Source: Scyliorhinus canicula (Eukaryota). From it: DNA of 64,000 bases. This document shows, one piece after another, positions 11,605-25,142 of the stretch. Positions within the stretch are counted from its first letter, which is position 1. Each line of letters opens with the position of its first letter. A program made the position numbers and the translations under genes. The stretch covers positions 124,378,435 to 124,442,434 of the forward strand of contig NC_052147.1 in assembly GCF_902713615.1 (NCBI RefSeq). The letters run 5' to 3'. The notes below the pieces were generated by a model, which was not told where the DNA came from, searched no databases, and was given only the letters and a program-made list of their open reading frames with translations.

Positions 11605-13529
11605 AGGTAACTATTCCATACAAAGAGAATCGTCAATTTTGTATTATTTGCTTAATGACCTCGAAACATACCATACATTAGATACAGATATCAAAATGTA
11701 AACATTAGCCAAGAAAATTACAATTTTTGCTTTAAATTATCATTTTAAAAGAAATATTATTCGTACAAATAAAGTAATTGTTGTAAGGTAAATATATTTC
11801 TTACAGTTACAATGTAAAGTGAATGAAATGCATTGCACACTGTTTAAGCATAACCAGCTGCAAACTGTATAATGTTTCTCACTCGTCAAAGCTGTCATGA
11901 CCTTAGGCAAGCTACTTTCAAACAATTTATTTGTAATCTTTCCTTGCAGCACATTGTCTTGTCACCGGTTATTGAAGGCGTTCACTATTTCTCCTTTTCA
12001 TTCGTCCTTATGCCATTGGTTCTGAACAAGTGAGCCTCGCATAGCCAGTGGCAAGTGCAAGCTAAATTCACTGAATATTTTAAGAGCAGCATCCAAGCAG
12101 ATTTTACCAGGTTTTCCTGACTGCCACTGGCTTTCTGGAGCCTGTTACGTGGCTGTTCAATTTCTGTGTTGTGATGGCTATACTTTTCACTGGAAAAATT
12201 AACACAGCTATGTGCAATACACTGGGCTGTATTCTGCTGCCAAAATAACATTGAGTTGTTGTTAATATGCAAATTGTCGAGCAATTTGCGGCAAGGTAAA
12301 GATGCTCAGTAAAATCTCCACAAGTTGCAGGATAATTCGCACTCACCCTCATTCCCCCCGTGAAGTTCAAGAAATTGCTGCATTTGTACACAAATTGCCC
12401 ATTACTCATGTTGTAGAAAGTTGGGCATTTATCTACCTAAGCATATTTCTAATGGTGCAATTTATTTTTCTGCATTGTCACTTTGCCTCTCTGGCACTGA
12501 AAGGGAACAATTAAAACTGTGTAGTTTCACTGCTACAGGTAGTAAATTGTTCTTGGAGATTTTTAGAATTTAAAATGTAATAAATAAAATCATTTTCTTT
12601 ACCTTTTTTTTCTCATAATCCATTTTCTCTTTAACTCTCTATCTTTCTGTATGGGATTTGATTTGAATTTGCACCATTTCCATCCACATTTTTTCTCAAT
12701 CCTTTAATCTAATTGGTTCAGGAACTTCCCCATTTGTTCCATATTCAAAACAATAACTGTTTCACTCTCCACAGATGCTGCCAAACCTGCTGAGTTTATC
12801 CAGCATTTTATGCTTTTAATTCAAATGCCCTAATGTCCTTTCTGCACCATTATCTGTTCACATTTTGAGCAACGTGAACCTTTAGCAGAACAGTGCCTCA
12901 TGTCCCTGAGACCAGGCAACACAATGAGTCACCATCTGTATGAGCGGAATGGAGTTCCTTATTGATACCATTTAAGAATATCAGGCAAGCAATACAGGTT
13001 GCAGCCCTTGGCATTGGCTGCTCCAGTAAATTGACATAAGTCCCAAGAATTTCATGGTCTTGGTCTACTGAAAATGTCAGTGCAATTCTAAAAGAATATA
13101 AAGAATACAAGCTACTGCAGATTTTAGTTCAAAAGTACTTAATGAGCCTGCATGAACTGCCTATTTCTTTTTATATTGAGAGTCTGTTCATTTTTCAATA
13201 GAGAAATTTATACTTGCATTTCTTTAAACTTGTTTCCCAGGCCTCAGTGCCTTGAATGTGAATGACAAGCATTCAAGTGTGACCCCCTGTGCATGCAAAT
13301 AAACACTGGACTTTGTATTTTACAAGTGGGGCTCTGGAGACTGCCCATCTGATGTGGATATAAATGGGAAAGTATAATGTACAGAACTCTCATGCAACAA
13401 AAAAAGTAAGAATTGCTAATTGCACATATATTGTTTTATTGTTGATTGTGGGGGAAGAACCTGAAGTTGTATTTACAATGCAATCAGTCTAATATAACCT
13501 GAGCCTTATGTATATTACTTTGTCCTGGG

Positions 13530-13668
13530 CCTTCCACCTTCTCAACCTTGTCCCTCGCCTGAGATGTGATGATCCTCAGGTTAAATCACCACCAGTCAGC
13601 TCTCCCCTCAAAAGGGGGAAAGCAGCCTATTGTCATCTGAGACTATGGCGACTTTACCTTACCTTACT
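13530..13668 (+). mobile_element. Retroposon 3' fragment with (TTACC)n tail
   Basis: ...gactatggcgactttaccttacctt ending; family not assigned. Confidence 0.4.
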
Positions 13669-14377
13669 TCGACCTGCTTTGCAGGATCTTTAACTGTCCT
13701 AATTAAGCATTTCCAAACACTTTGCAGTGAGTTTTGACAGCACACTGGATTGACATTTGACAAAATGTTTCAATATTTTTCACTCCAGTCAGACTGAGCC
13801 ACGACTCTGAATTTATGCTCCTGAAATCACTTCCAGAACCACATCAAACCTTTAGTGTAAATGTATCCGAATAATTATTAGAATAAACAAACAATATTTA
13901 GCCTACATTCACTGATCCTGAAGTCTTCATATGATCACACAAAAGGTTCCTGAAGTATTATTGTTTCAGAAAGAAAACCGTTTAAAGAACAAAGAACAAT
14001 ACAGCACCGGAACAGGCTTTTTGGCCCTCCAAGTCTGTACTACGTAGTCATGATATCATCCTGTTTAGTGCATAAGTATCCACAGCACAAAAGAATTATG
14101 TCCTTTTCTCAGATATGTGTATGAAATCTCCTAATTGTTTAATAAGAAAGGGTATGAATATCCTACTTTATGTCAAAGCACAGACCTTTGTTATCACACT
14201 TTGTTATATTAACTTAAGATGGACTTAAGTTGCATAAAATCAATAACTTATATTTCGTATAATAAAATGTTTCAAGGTGCTTTACAGTAGCATTATAAAA
14301 TAGAGTATGACACTGAGACACATAAGCAGATACTAGATCAGATATTGGATATTAGATCACTGCTCCTGTGGACAAAG

Positions 14378-14720
14378 TGACGTAGTGGTATCGTGGACTA
14401 GTAATCCAGAGACCCAGAGTCAAGCTCTGGAGATCTGGGTTCAAAGCCTGCCATGGCAGATGGTGAAATCTGAACTCAATGAAAAAAAAATCTGGAAATA
14501 AAACCCTAAAAAGTGACCATGAAACTATTGCCAATTGTCGCAAAAACCCATCCGGTTCACTAATGTCCTTCAGGGAAGGAAATCTACCATCCTTACCTGG
14601 TCTGGCCTTCATGTGACTCCAGATCCACAGCAATTTGGTTGACTCTTAAATGCCCTCAGTAATGGGCAATAAATGTTGGCCCAGCCAGCGACGCCCACAT
14701 CAATGAATGAATAAAAAGAA
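14378..14720 (+). mobile_element. tRNA-derived SINE (~340 bp) inserted in an L2-like relic
   Basis: tRNA-like head (gtagtggt...gggttcaaagcc); tail gggcaataaatgttggcccagccagcgacgcccacatc...gaataaaaa. Confidence 0.75.
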
Positions 14721-15284
14721 AGACCAAATGTTTGATCCAAATTTTGACATTCTTTTAAGTGACATTTCTGGGAACAATTTAAAATTCAATTGAAATGGTG
14801 TTTTAAACTTCTTTACATTTCCCTTATCCTATCTCAATCAGATTACAGCTTTGTGACTGCCAGATATTATTTTGTATGTAAATAATTAATGTGGATGTTA
14901 GCCATACTTGAGGAAATATTTGTCTCAATATTTCTTCATACCCAGAAGCCTCCCACAGCTCCACTTATTATTCTCAAATTACTATTTAACATGACTGCAG
15001 TATATTACATTACTAATAAGTCCTTTAGGATGACTGCACAATATAGCAACCAACATATGCCTCTTCTGCAAGATATAAGGTAGTATGAAGGATTCTCCTG
15101 TAATTCAACACATAAGTGGTCAGCAAGTAGAAAATGACTGACGTACAGTCTAGATCGATGTCATCTCATGTATGACATTAGGCTATGTATTGATTTGCAT
15201 AACCAATTGACAATATTGCATTTGAGATCAGTGATAGAGGGATGGATAGAGTTTTGCATTGCGCTTGCTTGTCCTTAAGGCACT

Positions 15285-15475
15285 TGAAATGAAATGAAAT
15301 GAAATGAAAATCGTTTATTGTCACAAGTAGGCTTCAAATGAAGTTACTGTGAAAAGCCCCTAGTCGCCACATTCTGGCGCCTGTTCGGGGAGGCTAGTAT
15401 AGGAATTGAACCGTGATGCTGGCCTGCCTTGGTCTGCTTTAAAAGCCAGCTCTTTAGCCCTGTGCTAAACCAGCC
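15285..15475 (-). mobile_element. tRNA-derived SINE with (TTTCA)n tail
   Basis: Minus strand ggctggtttagcacag...ggttcaattcc...gaatgtggcgactaggggcttttcacagtaac...(tttca)5; same family at 34542 and 46311. Confidence 0.85.
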
Positions 15476-16019
15476 TCTCTGTTATCCTCAAATGTTGAAA
15501 CGCTTGATGACGGAACATGGAGAGTCTCTTGGCGAAAGTGGACTGCAGTGCAGGCCAGGAAGATAGGATAATGCATGTACCAGCTGACCAAAATGCAAGG
15601 TCACAGACAAGTTCTGCCACATAGGATCAGATGAAGACTTTGATGAGGAAGCATATATGGAGAAAGCTGTTGGACATGCACTCAAAGGTGCTTGAAGCTT
15701 TGGCAAGCTGACCACAGAGCCTGTTGTCAATACCAAGGAGCATGGAGGAGTCTGGCTCTGAATTAGCACAGGGGTCTGTACAGAGTTTGGAGTCCATCTT
15801 TTCCAGTGCGGAAATAGCGGCTAACTTCATGAGAGCACTTGCAGATTCACTTGTGATGCAGTCGATGTCTCAGCTTTTACTGCAGGACAGGCAGAAGCAA
15901 TCCTATCTCAGCGATTCAGTGGAAGCTTAGACCGAGGTCATGAGAGCCATGTTTGTTGCCATGGAAGCTCAGAGTGCTGCCATCTTGGCTCCAGATCTCT
16001 GTATTCAAAGAAACATCTG

Positions 16020-16520
16020 GGGCGGGATCGCCCGGGGCCGGCGTCAAGCCCTGCCCCGCTGTGTCCCGAATTCTCCGCCCCCGAGATCCGGCAGGGGCGG
16101 GATCGCGGTGGCCTGGCCTGCGATCGGGGCCCACCGATCGGCGGGCGGGCCTGTGGCGTGGGGGCACTCTTTTTCTTCCGCCTCCGCCATGGCCTTCACC
16201 ATGGCGGAGGCGGAAGAGACCTCCCCCCCTGCGCATGCGCCGGTATGACGTCAGCAGCCGCTGACGCTCCGGCGCCTGTGCGGACTTACGCCGGCCGGCG
16301 AAGTCCTTTCGGCCCCGGCTGGCATGGCGCCAAAGGCCGTTCACACCAGCCTGCGGAGTGGGAACCACACCGGCGCGGGCCTAGCCCCTCAATGTGAGGG
16401 CTTGGCCCCGAAAGGTGCGGAGAATTCTGCACCTTTGTGGCGGCCCGACGCCGGAGTGGTTCACGCCACTTCAACAGGCCGGGACCCCCCCGCCCCACTG
16501 GGTAGGGGAGAATCCCGGCC
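16020..16520. mobile_element. GC-rich Harbinger-type MITE
   Basis: Termini GGGCGGGAT...ATCCCGGCC; 3-bp TSD CTG (16017-16019 / 16521-16523); highly similar to 44148-44678. Confidence 0.85.
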
Positions 16521-16962
16521 CTGGAGTCTCACAGCAGTCTCGAGGTCTGTGCTCCAGATGATTACAAAGACTGCTGAGGTGCCGCTGAGGTGGAGCACAA
16601 AAATGACAACTTTCACCCTCCCACCACTGACATTTCTGCCAATGCACTTCCTGTTGCCTACCAGCCCAAACTGCTGCTACCTATGCCAAGGGGCAGCAGT
16701 CGGAAGCCGGCTCAAAAAGCCCAAAGCTGCTAGAGGTCAGCTTGTTAAAGTATCTGCAATCTTCCCCTGTGGAAGTCAGCAGCCTTCCGTCAGTCATGTT
16801 ACAGCCACTGGACTAGAACTATGTTGAAGCACCTAGTCAAACCACAGCTCACACACAAGGGAATGCCCTGGGGTCAATAGTTCAGTTTTATATATGTTAT
16901 TGGATACAGTTGTTAGAAAATGTTTTTTAGTTGTTGGCTTTTATTTCTGGCTTTTGGCCTAT

Positions 16963-17113
16963 AATCGATGTATAGGCCAATACCACCCAGCAGTGACTGT
17001 ACTCGATGTGTAGGCCAATACCGGCCATCAGTTACTGAAATCAATTTACTAGGCAATAACACCTATCAGTGGCTGTAATCAATGCATAGGCCAATACTCC
17101 CCATCAGTGGCTG
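16963..17113. repeat. 38-bp tandem repeat, ~4 diverged copies
   Basis: aatcgatgtataggccaataccacccagcagtgactgt variants in tandem. Confidence 0.8.
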
Positions 17114-18314
17114 CAGACGATAGATTGAAAATTAGGAATTTGTGGAATAACTTTGATGGGGTGTGAGATCCCTTGGGAACTGGAGACTGAGTATCCAATC
17201 ACGGACACTTTGGCTGGAGCAAAAGGGTCTCGGACATCACCACCCTTTCTCCTGAAGTGGCCTTTTGACAATGGCTGTGCCCTCATAACAGCAAGGTTGT
17301 GGAGGACAGCAGACTCCGAAAAAGCCTGGAAGTACATTCCAATCGGTAGTGGAGGTCTCCCCCAATTGATTCAAGAAGCTGAACGGTTGTTTCAGGGTTG
17401 CTGATGGTTTGCTTCATAAGCCTTCTGATGCTTGTATGGCTATTGTCAGAGACACAACTGTCGTGTGATTGGGTGGCAGCAGGGAGTCAGAAGCCAATCG
17501 TAGCGCAGTTATCCTTCTCACCCATCAATCAGCCTCTGGCTGTTCATGGTAGGCCATAGGTGGTGGCTATGGCTGACTGCCACAGGATGGCTGCACCAGG
17601 ACTGCTGATAGGATAGCGAGCATTTGTCAACAGGGTATTCTGGGCATGGTCGCACACAAATTGAATGTTAATGGAGTGGTAGCCTTTGTGGTTCCGATAC
17701 AGCTGTCTGTTAATGCGAGGCTGACAAAGACATTTACCTGCAGTCGACGGCACCATTGGGAATTCTGCCAATCTGAGAAAGCCAGATGCTCACTCCTCCT
17801 ACTTCTCTCCTATCAGTGAGAAGACTATGATGTCACTTCTCCATCTGTCACCTCTGTTACCTGCTAATCCAGTGATGAACAGTGAACTCAAATGCTGCTA
17901 ATACCATCTTCTCCCATGTGGAAGGATCCAGTAGTACAGAAATTTAGATCCCACAGGTGATCTGAACAGCCACTGACAGCATTGTCCTTGCTCTGCTGTG
18001 CAGTGCCAGCTGGGCTGTAGAGGGGGCAGAGTTCAGCTACCACCTTGGAGGTGAAATACCTCAGACACTGCTTCTCACTGTTTGGCAATTAAGAGAATGT
18101 CTCCCAGAAGATACTTGGTGGGTTGGGCTTTAGACTGAACATTCCATCCTTCCACTCCACCTGTTCCACAGTGTTTTCCATCTCTTGCTACCTGGACCCC
18201 ATTTTCATGTTTCTCTGCAGCGAGGAGCAATGGCAACTCTGACCCCCATAAGGAAGCAGGCTCTCTGATGAGAAACCATCTAACACCTCTGACCTCTTTC
18301 GCTAGTACATTTTA

Positions 18315-20857
18315 TTTATTTATTTATTGAATAAACATTTTATTGAGGTGTTTTTTGGCATTGTAACAGCAGCAATATAAACAATGTACATGAAAATATA
18401 AACATAGTGCAAATATCACCTCCCTCCCCAACAGGTCCCACCATTAATTAACCCCCTAATCTACGCTAACCTAACACGCCCCTCCCCTCCCTCCACCCTC
18501 TGCAGACGATTAATTCTCCATGAAGAAGTCGATGAATGGCTTCCAACTCCGGGCGAACCCAACATTGACCCTCTCAAGGCGAACTTAATTTTCTCCAAAC
18601 AGAGAAAGCTAGCCATGTCCGATAGCCAAGTCTCCGACTTCGGGGGCTTTGAGTCCCTCCATGCTAGTAATATCTGCTTCTGGGCTACCAGGGGAGCAAA
18701 GGCCAGAATGTCCGCCTCTTTCTCCTCCTGGATTCCCGGATCTTGCGACACCCCGAAAATTGCCACCTCTGGACTCAATGCCACCCTGACATAATGTCAG
18801 CAAACCCCTGCCAAAATCCCCTCAGCTTTGGACATGCCCAGAACATGTAGACATGGTCTGCTGGTACTCACGCACATTTTGCGCACCTGTTTTCCACCCC
18901 AAAGAATCTGCTCATCCGGGCCACTGTCATGTGAGCCCGGTGAACGACGTTGAATTGTACCAGGCTGAGTCTGGCACAAGTTGCGGTCGTGTTGACTCTA
19001 CTCAACGCGTCCGCCCAATGGCCCTCCTCTATCTCTACCCCCAGCTCCTCCTCCCACTTTCGCTTCAGCTCCTCTGTCTGCATCTCCTCTGATCCCATAA
19101 GTCCCTTATAAATGTCAGAAACACTCCCCTCACCTATCCATCCCCTGGAAACTACTCTGTCCTGAATCCCCCTTAGTGCAGGAGTGGGAAGGTTGGTACT
19201 TGTCGACGCAGAAAGTCCTGCACCTACAGATATAGATATTTGTTTTCCCTGCCAATGCAAACGTCTCCTCCAGCGCCCTCATATTCGGAAAGCTCCCCTC
19301 TATAAACAAGTCCCCCATCCTCTCAATCCTCGCTCTCCACCATATTCGAAGCCCCCTGTCCATCCTCCCCCGGGCAAACAGGTGATTATCGCAGATTGGG
19401 GACCAGACCGATGCTCCCACTGCCCCCAGACTCTCAAGGCCACCACCACCAAGGGCACTGGTGGAGTACTGCGCCGGCGGGAACGGCAGAGGCGCAGATA
19501 CCAGCGCTCCCAAACTTGTGCCCTTGCAAGAAGCCGCCTCCATATGTACCCATGCCGACCCCGCCCCCCCACCAGCCACTTCCTAATCATGGCTGTTTTA
19601 GCCGCCCAGTAATAATTGCTAAAGCTCGGCAGTGCGAGCCCTCCCTCTCCACGACTCCGCTCCAGCATTACCCCCCCCCCCCAATACAAAGCCCGTTATA
19701 ATTTTATTGAACTGCTTAAAAAAGGACTGCGGAATAAAGATGGGGAGACATTGAAATACAAACAGGAATCGCGGGAGGACCATCATTTTCACCGTTTGGA
19801 TTCTACTAGCTCGAGACAACGGGAGCGCATCCCATCTCCAGAAATCATCTTTCATCTGATCCACCAACCGGGCCAAGTTCAATTTATGTAGCCGGTCCCA
19901 ATCCCGCACCACTTGCATACCTAGGTACCTGAAACTGTCCCCAACCAATCTAAATGGCAGTTCCCCCAGTTGCCTCTCCTGACCCCTTGCCTGGACCGCA
20001 AACATCTCGCTCTTCCCCATATTAAGCTTATACCCCGAAATCTGGCCAAATTCCCCCAAAATTCCCATGATTTCTTCCATCCCCTCAGTTGGATCTGAAG
20101 CATACGAAGCAGGTCGTCTGCATATAGCGAGACTCTGTGCTCCATCCAAAACCCCGGACCAGCCCCTTCCAGCCCTTTGAGGCCCTCAGAGCAATTGCCA
20201 GCGGCTCTATAGCCATGCAAACAGCAGTGGGGAGAGGGGGCATCCCTGTCTCGTCCCCTGTTGCAGTCTTAAATAGTCCGAAGTTGTCCTGTTCGTCCAT
20301 CCACTTACCACAGGAGCCTGATACAGTAACCTGACCCAGTCAATAAAGCCCCTCCCAAATCCGAACCGCCCCAGAACCTCCCATAAATAATCCCAATCAA
20401 CCCGGTCAAAAGCTTTTTCCATCGCGACCAATACCTCCACCTCCCTACTTTCCGGGGGCATCATGATCACGTTTAACAGCCTTCTTATATTGGCCACCAG
20501 CTGCCTGCCCTTAACGAACCCCGTCTGATCCTCCACAATGACGTTCGGTGCACAATCCTCAAACCTGGAGGACAACATTTTGACCAACAGTTTGGCGTCT
20601 ACGTTCAACAGGGAAATCGGCCTGTAAGACCCACATAGCTCCAGGATAAGCAAAATCGTGGCCTGTGACATCGTCGGGGGCAGCACCCCTCTTTCCCTTG
20701 CCTCATTAAACACCTTCATCAGCACCAGTCCCAATATCCCAGAGAACTTTTTGTAGAACTCCATTGGGTACCCGTCCGTCCCGGGCCTTACCCCATTGCA
20801 TGGCCTTCAAGCCCGCCACTATCTCTTCCAACCCGATCGGGGCCCCCAGTCATTCCA
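18315..20857 (-). mobile_element. 5'-truncated L1-clade LINE (RT and C-terminal part of ORF2, frameshifted)
   Basis: YRPISLLNVD, KAFDRVDW, RQGCPLSPLLF, YADDL; poly(A) tail; TSD ctagt(a/c)catttta at 18302-18314 / 20858-20870. Confidence 0.92.
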
Positions 20858-21570
20858 CTAGTCCATTTTAAATCCAACGCTTCTGCAAAATCGCTCCAAT
20901 AACATTCAGTAATTCCACTAGCAACAGCAAAATAAATTGAAAACTGCCTCACCTGGGAGTCGCATGATTAGTCCTTTAGATAGTATAGGGGGTTGGATCA
21001 TAGCATATCACATGGGTTGTGCTGGGGGTATCCTGCAAAGGCCTGGTCAACAATTTTGCAGTTGCAGGCTTCTGCAGCACTGACACCTGTGCTGATACAG
21101 AGCCTAATTTTGTGGCCGTGGTTTCAAGAACTCTCCATCATTGGGGCTTTTCTTGCTGAATTTTGGAGCCTTTTTTTGACCAATTGATTCATTGGAATAA
21201 TTAGTCAATAACTCCGTTGTCATGACATCCTGTGACTGTCAGGTTGGTAGACAGTGAACTAGGTGAGCGGAGCTTCTTTTTGTCCAGTGATTTCTAGGTT
21301 TCTTAGTGAACCCTATTGTTTCACTCAAATCCGAGACCACATTTAAGGTAAATACATTCAATGGTTCCCTGGAATGTATCGCGAACCCTCTGTCAGATAC
21401 AGCAATGATATTTTTAACAGCTTAATGGAGTCGTGTTCATACTAATTTACAATTTCTTACCAATGACTGTGAAAAATGAATACAGTACTGCTCTTCCATC
21501 TATTACGAATGTTCTTACAATTTTGGATCTGCTTGCTTCAAGAAGATAAAAAGCTAGCTTCCAGACATAT

Positions 21571-21898
21571 GGGGTGGATTCCCCGTCAACCGACGCCGGA
21601 ATCGTGAAACGCGATTGGACGGAGAATCCATTTTGACGCCGAAATCATGGCGGGTGCCGGGTTCACGCCACATTGCGGTGTCACTCCGCATGCACAGTAA
21701 ACGCCGTTGGCATATCATTAGCGGGCCTGACCCAGTATTTTCCGCGGCCTCCGCGATCCTCCGCCTCCACCGGGGGGAATTCCCAATGGCAAGGTTCACT
21801 TGTGCCTTCAGAAATCGTGAAAGAGGCGCCATGGCTGATGAGGGGGAATGCATTGACACCACAATTTGGCGTGAACCCAGCGCCCGCCATGATTTCCA
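21571..21898. mobile_element. GC-rich MITE, one end truncated
   Basis: GGGGTGGATTC start; 30-bp sub-terminal inverted repeat 21641-21670 vs 21867-21896. Confidence 0.7.
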
Positions 21899-21989
21899 CT
21901 AGGAATTTTGTCTGAATGAAATTGGGAAGTGTGAAGAGGACAATACACATAATGAATCTGTAGGTACGAATAAATGGTAGCAAACATCT

Positions 21990-23722
21990 TCTTTCAGCAA
22001 TCAAAAAGAAGACTGCAACATGGAGAAGTCTAGGAGATGCCTATAGCAAGGAAGTAGATGTGATGGTGAAACAACATTCATACGTATACTGACACGGGTA
22101 GAAATTCAGGTCATTGTCTCCTTGTGGCAACAATTAAGATGAAACTGAAAATATCAAAAAAGAAAAAGACGAATTTAGCCCTTGACATGTTGAAGGATGA
22201 GAACATCAGAGAGACATTCTCTCTTAAACAATAAGTAAGTATCTCAGGACTGAGGAAACAGAACAAGAAGACATTGAGAACTAGAAATAGAAAGAAAATA
22301 GAAAAACATGAAATAAAGTATATTTGATAAGCTACAAACTACATATTACCAAAACACAAGAGAAAGAGACATTGGATGTCAGATGAGATAAAAGTAATAG
22401 AAAGACAAAGGAATGCAATTGAAAAGAAAATGAAGAATGCAGATTAAAGAGAAATGGTATAATGATGTGTGATTAAATATTAGAGCTGGAAGAAATCACC
22501 CAATGAGAGTTATGCATGAGAAGGTGAAATATTTGAGAGATAAAATTAAAGGGATAACATCAGATAGTGGGTGCATAAAAGACAAAAGGTCAAATATTGC
22601 TTGAAAGAGATGCAGCAGCAATAGGATGGACAGAAAATATGTGAACCGTATGATGATCCAAATCGAAGGAGTCCTCAAGATGCAGAGGCAAATGAAGGAC
22701 CAAAGATTATGGTATCAGAGGTAAGGAATGCTTTGAAATTGATGAGTACAGGAAAAGCTCAAGGCATAGATGGACTAACAACAGAATATCTAAAAATCTT
22801 CAGTGATAATAGAAATTTGTGATCAAATATATACCAAAGAACACATTCCAAGTGACTTGAGCCATTCATTATTCATTGAGGTACCTAAGAAACCTAAAGC
22901 AATGGAGTGCAATCAATTTAGAACTATAAGCTTAATGAGTCATCTCATTAAACTGATCTTGAAAATCATAATGGAAAGAAGTAATAACATATTTGAAGCA
23001 GAAATTGGTGAAACACAGTTTGGATTTAGTTCTGGAGTACCAACAAGAGGAGGCATATTTAACCTAAGAATAACCTTTGGTAAATATCAAGAAGTAAATA
23101 AGAACATTCACATATGCTTCTGAGACTATAAAAAAACATTCAATTGTGTTTATCACCAAAAGCTAATAGGCATGTTGCTAAAATGTGACAAATGACTGTA
23201 AAGATGTAAGATTTATCGAGAAACTGTATTGGAACCAAATAATATGTACCAAGCTTGAAGGGGGACAAATGGATATGTTTCAAATGAAGAGAGGAGTAAG
23301 ATAAGGCTGCACTGTCACTAAAATTATTCACAGAACAAACATTCTGAGAATTAGATGTAAATCTGTGGTAACAATTACAGGCAAGAACATAACAGAATTG
23401 CAATATTTTGAAAACACAGTGCTAATTGCAGAATTAGAAGAGGACATACAAAATATCACAGGTCAAGTAAAATCTGGAAGCTCAGAATATGGATTGAGTA
23501 AGAACAGCAAAACGACAAAGACAATGATAGATAGAAGGAATATATTGGAAGAAACTAAGTGGATGATGCCACACCGGAACAAATAGAGACGTTTCTATAT
23601 TCAAGACAAATTATAACAGAAGATGGTCGGTATTCTGAAATTAGAAGGAAGATAGAACTAGCCAAAATAATTTTGTGAATGTGAAGGATGTGTTAACAAC
23701 AAGAAAACTCAAGCTTACAAGA
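21990..23722 (+). mobile_element. Decayed RTE-clade LINE (RT region)
   Basis: IPSDLSHSLFIEVPKKPKAMECNQFRTISLMSH...EIGETQFGF; later LQYFENTVLIAE (decayed YADD region); many stops. Confidence 0.8.
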
Positions 23723-23726
23723 AGGT

Positions 23727-24042
23727 AGGGCAACATAGTGGTTAGCACTGCTGCCTCACAGTGCCAGGTGCCCGGTGACGTTGTGCAGTTTGTACTTTCT
23801 CCCCGTGTCTGTGTGGTTTTTCTCTGGGTGCTCCAGTTTCGTCCCGTAGTCTAACGATGTGCAGGTTAGCTGGATTGGCCATGCTAAATTGCACCTTAGT
23901 GTCCAGGGATGTGCAGGTTAGATTACGGGGATACGACGGAGCAGTGGGCTTGGGTAGGGTGCTCTTTGAGATAGTTGGTGCAGACTCGATGGGCCGAATG
24001 GTCTCCTTCTGCACTATAAGAATTTTGTAATGCTTCTATGGT
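23727..24042 (+). mobile_element. HE1-type V-SINE
   Basis: gtggttagcactgctgcctcacag head, V-domain (ggtttt..gggtgctccagtttc..gatgtgcaggttag..ggattggccatgctaaattg), CR1-type tail. Confidence 0.85.
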
Positions 24043-24551
24043 TCTTACTTTTAAGATGCCGCATTCAATCCACTTTCCCTATACCTCAGAAACCTGTACC
24101 ACCTAGTCAGGATCTATGAAAGGACCGTTAAAATTTGGACACTAAAATATCCCTATATAGACCATAAGACCATGAAGATGTGTGTAAAATTTCAAGAACA
24201 AAAAGCAATCTTAAAAAGTAACATTCAGAAAAGAAATTGGATCAGGGCTGAAAAGCAACAAGAGGGTTGGATGATGGATGTCACAGAGTGATTGCAAACG
24301 AGTTAGAGTGGATGTGTGAGGAAGACGAAAGACAAATGAGCGTGATAGAGGATGACAGCAAATCTCCTGGTAGGAGTAGCTACAACAGCAACAGCAGCAC
24401 ATAAAAACTTAGCATAAATACAATTGTGTCGCTGATGTGAAGTGTCAGCTCCCATACTGTAGACTTTTCTCCAACAGGAATGACCCTACTGTTTAGTTTC
24501 CCTTAGCACTTCCCCTCTCTCACCATTGATTAAAATTTAAACATGTCAATT

Positions 24552-24895
24552 AGGGCAGCACGGTAGCATGGTGGTTAGCATAAATGCTTCACAGCTCCAG
24601 GGTCCCAGGTTCGATTCCCAGCTGGGTCACTGTCTGTGTGGAGTCTGCACGTCCTCCCCCTGTGTGCGTGGGTTTCCTCCGGGTGCTCCGGTTTCCTCCC
24701 ACAGTCCAAAGATGTGCGGGTTAGGTGGATTGGCCATGCTAAATTGCCCGTAGTGTCCTAATAAATGTAAGGTTAAGGGGGGGTTGTTGGGTTACGGGTA
24801 TAGGGTGGATATGTGGGTTTGAGTAGGGTGATCATGGCTCGGCACAACATTGAGGGCCGAAGGGCCTGTTCTGTGCTGTACTGTTCTATGTTCTA
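24552..24895 (+). mobile_element. HE1-type V-SINE, young
   Basis: Box A/B head, V-domain, tail gagggccgaagggcctgt...ttctatgttcta shared with the CR1 at 11552-11604. Confidence 0.9.
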
Positions 24896-25142
24896 ATTGT
24901 TTTGTTTACATTACAAATGAAATGACTATATTGGTTCAAAGTAATTATAATTAGCAATGTATATTTTGCAGTGCCAAAATGGCCATGACTCAAGCTGTTT
25001 GCCTTGGTTTTTTCTAAACAGTTTTCTTCAAATTAAGGTTATCAGGATTGATCACAGAACTTCATGATGTTTGTCTGACATATGTCAAATTTGACATATT
25101 TAATTTGCCTGTCTGCAAGTAACTATTTCCAATAGAAACCAT

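Larger units (their letters stand above)
15480..18300. mobile_element. Decayed Harbinger (PIF/Harbinger) DNA transposon: DDE transposase relic on minus (~17400-18100), probable accessory-gene relic on plus (~15480-16830)
   Basis: ORF 17544-17771 YRNHKGYHSINIQFVCD...NARYP.SS..AAIL matches the HARBI1-type DDE core; frameshifted; interrupted by a MITE and bordered by an L1. Confidence 0.78.

Noticed and set aside
15600-15672. Minus-strand peptide SSSKSSSDPM resembling the NOVA1 alternative exon (…KSSPSDPM…)
   Set aside because: The nearest AG is in the wrong phase, there is no good donor or 72-nt exon, and the region lies in a Harbinger relic; treated as coincidence.
16963-17113. 38-bp repeats (and the arrays at 1-1410 and 42720-43190) as a CRISPR-like array
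   Set aside because: Head-to-tail units without unique spacers; eukaryotic context; no cas genes.
21990-23722. RTE element as evidence of horizontal transfer
   Set aside because: Too decayed to assign to BovB or any transferred lineage without a phylogeny.
24552-24630. tRNA-like sequences with A/B boxes
   Set aside because: They are SINE heads continuing into V-domain bodies, not tRNA genes.
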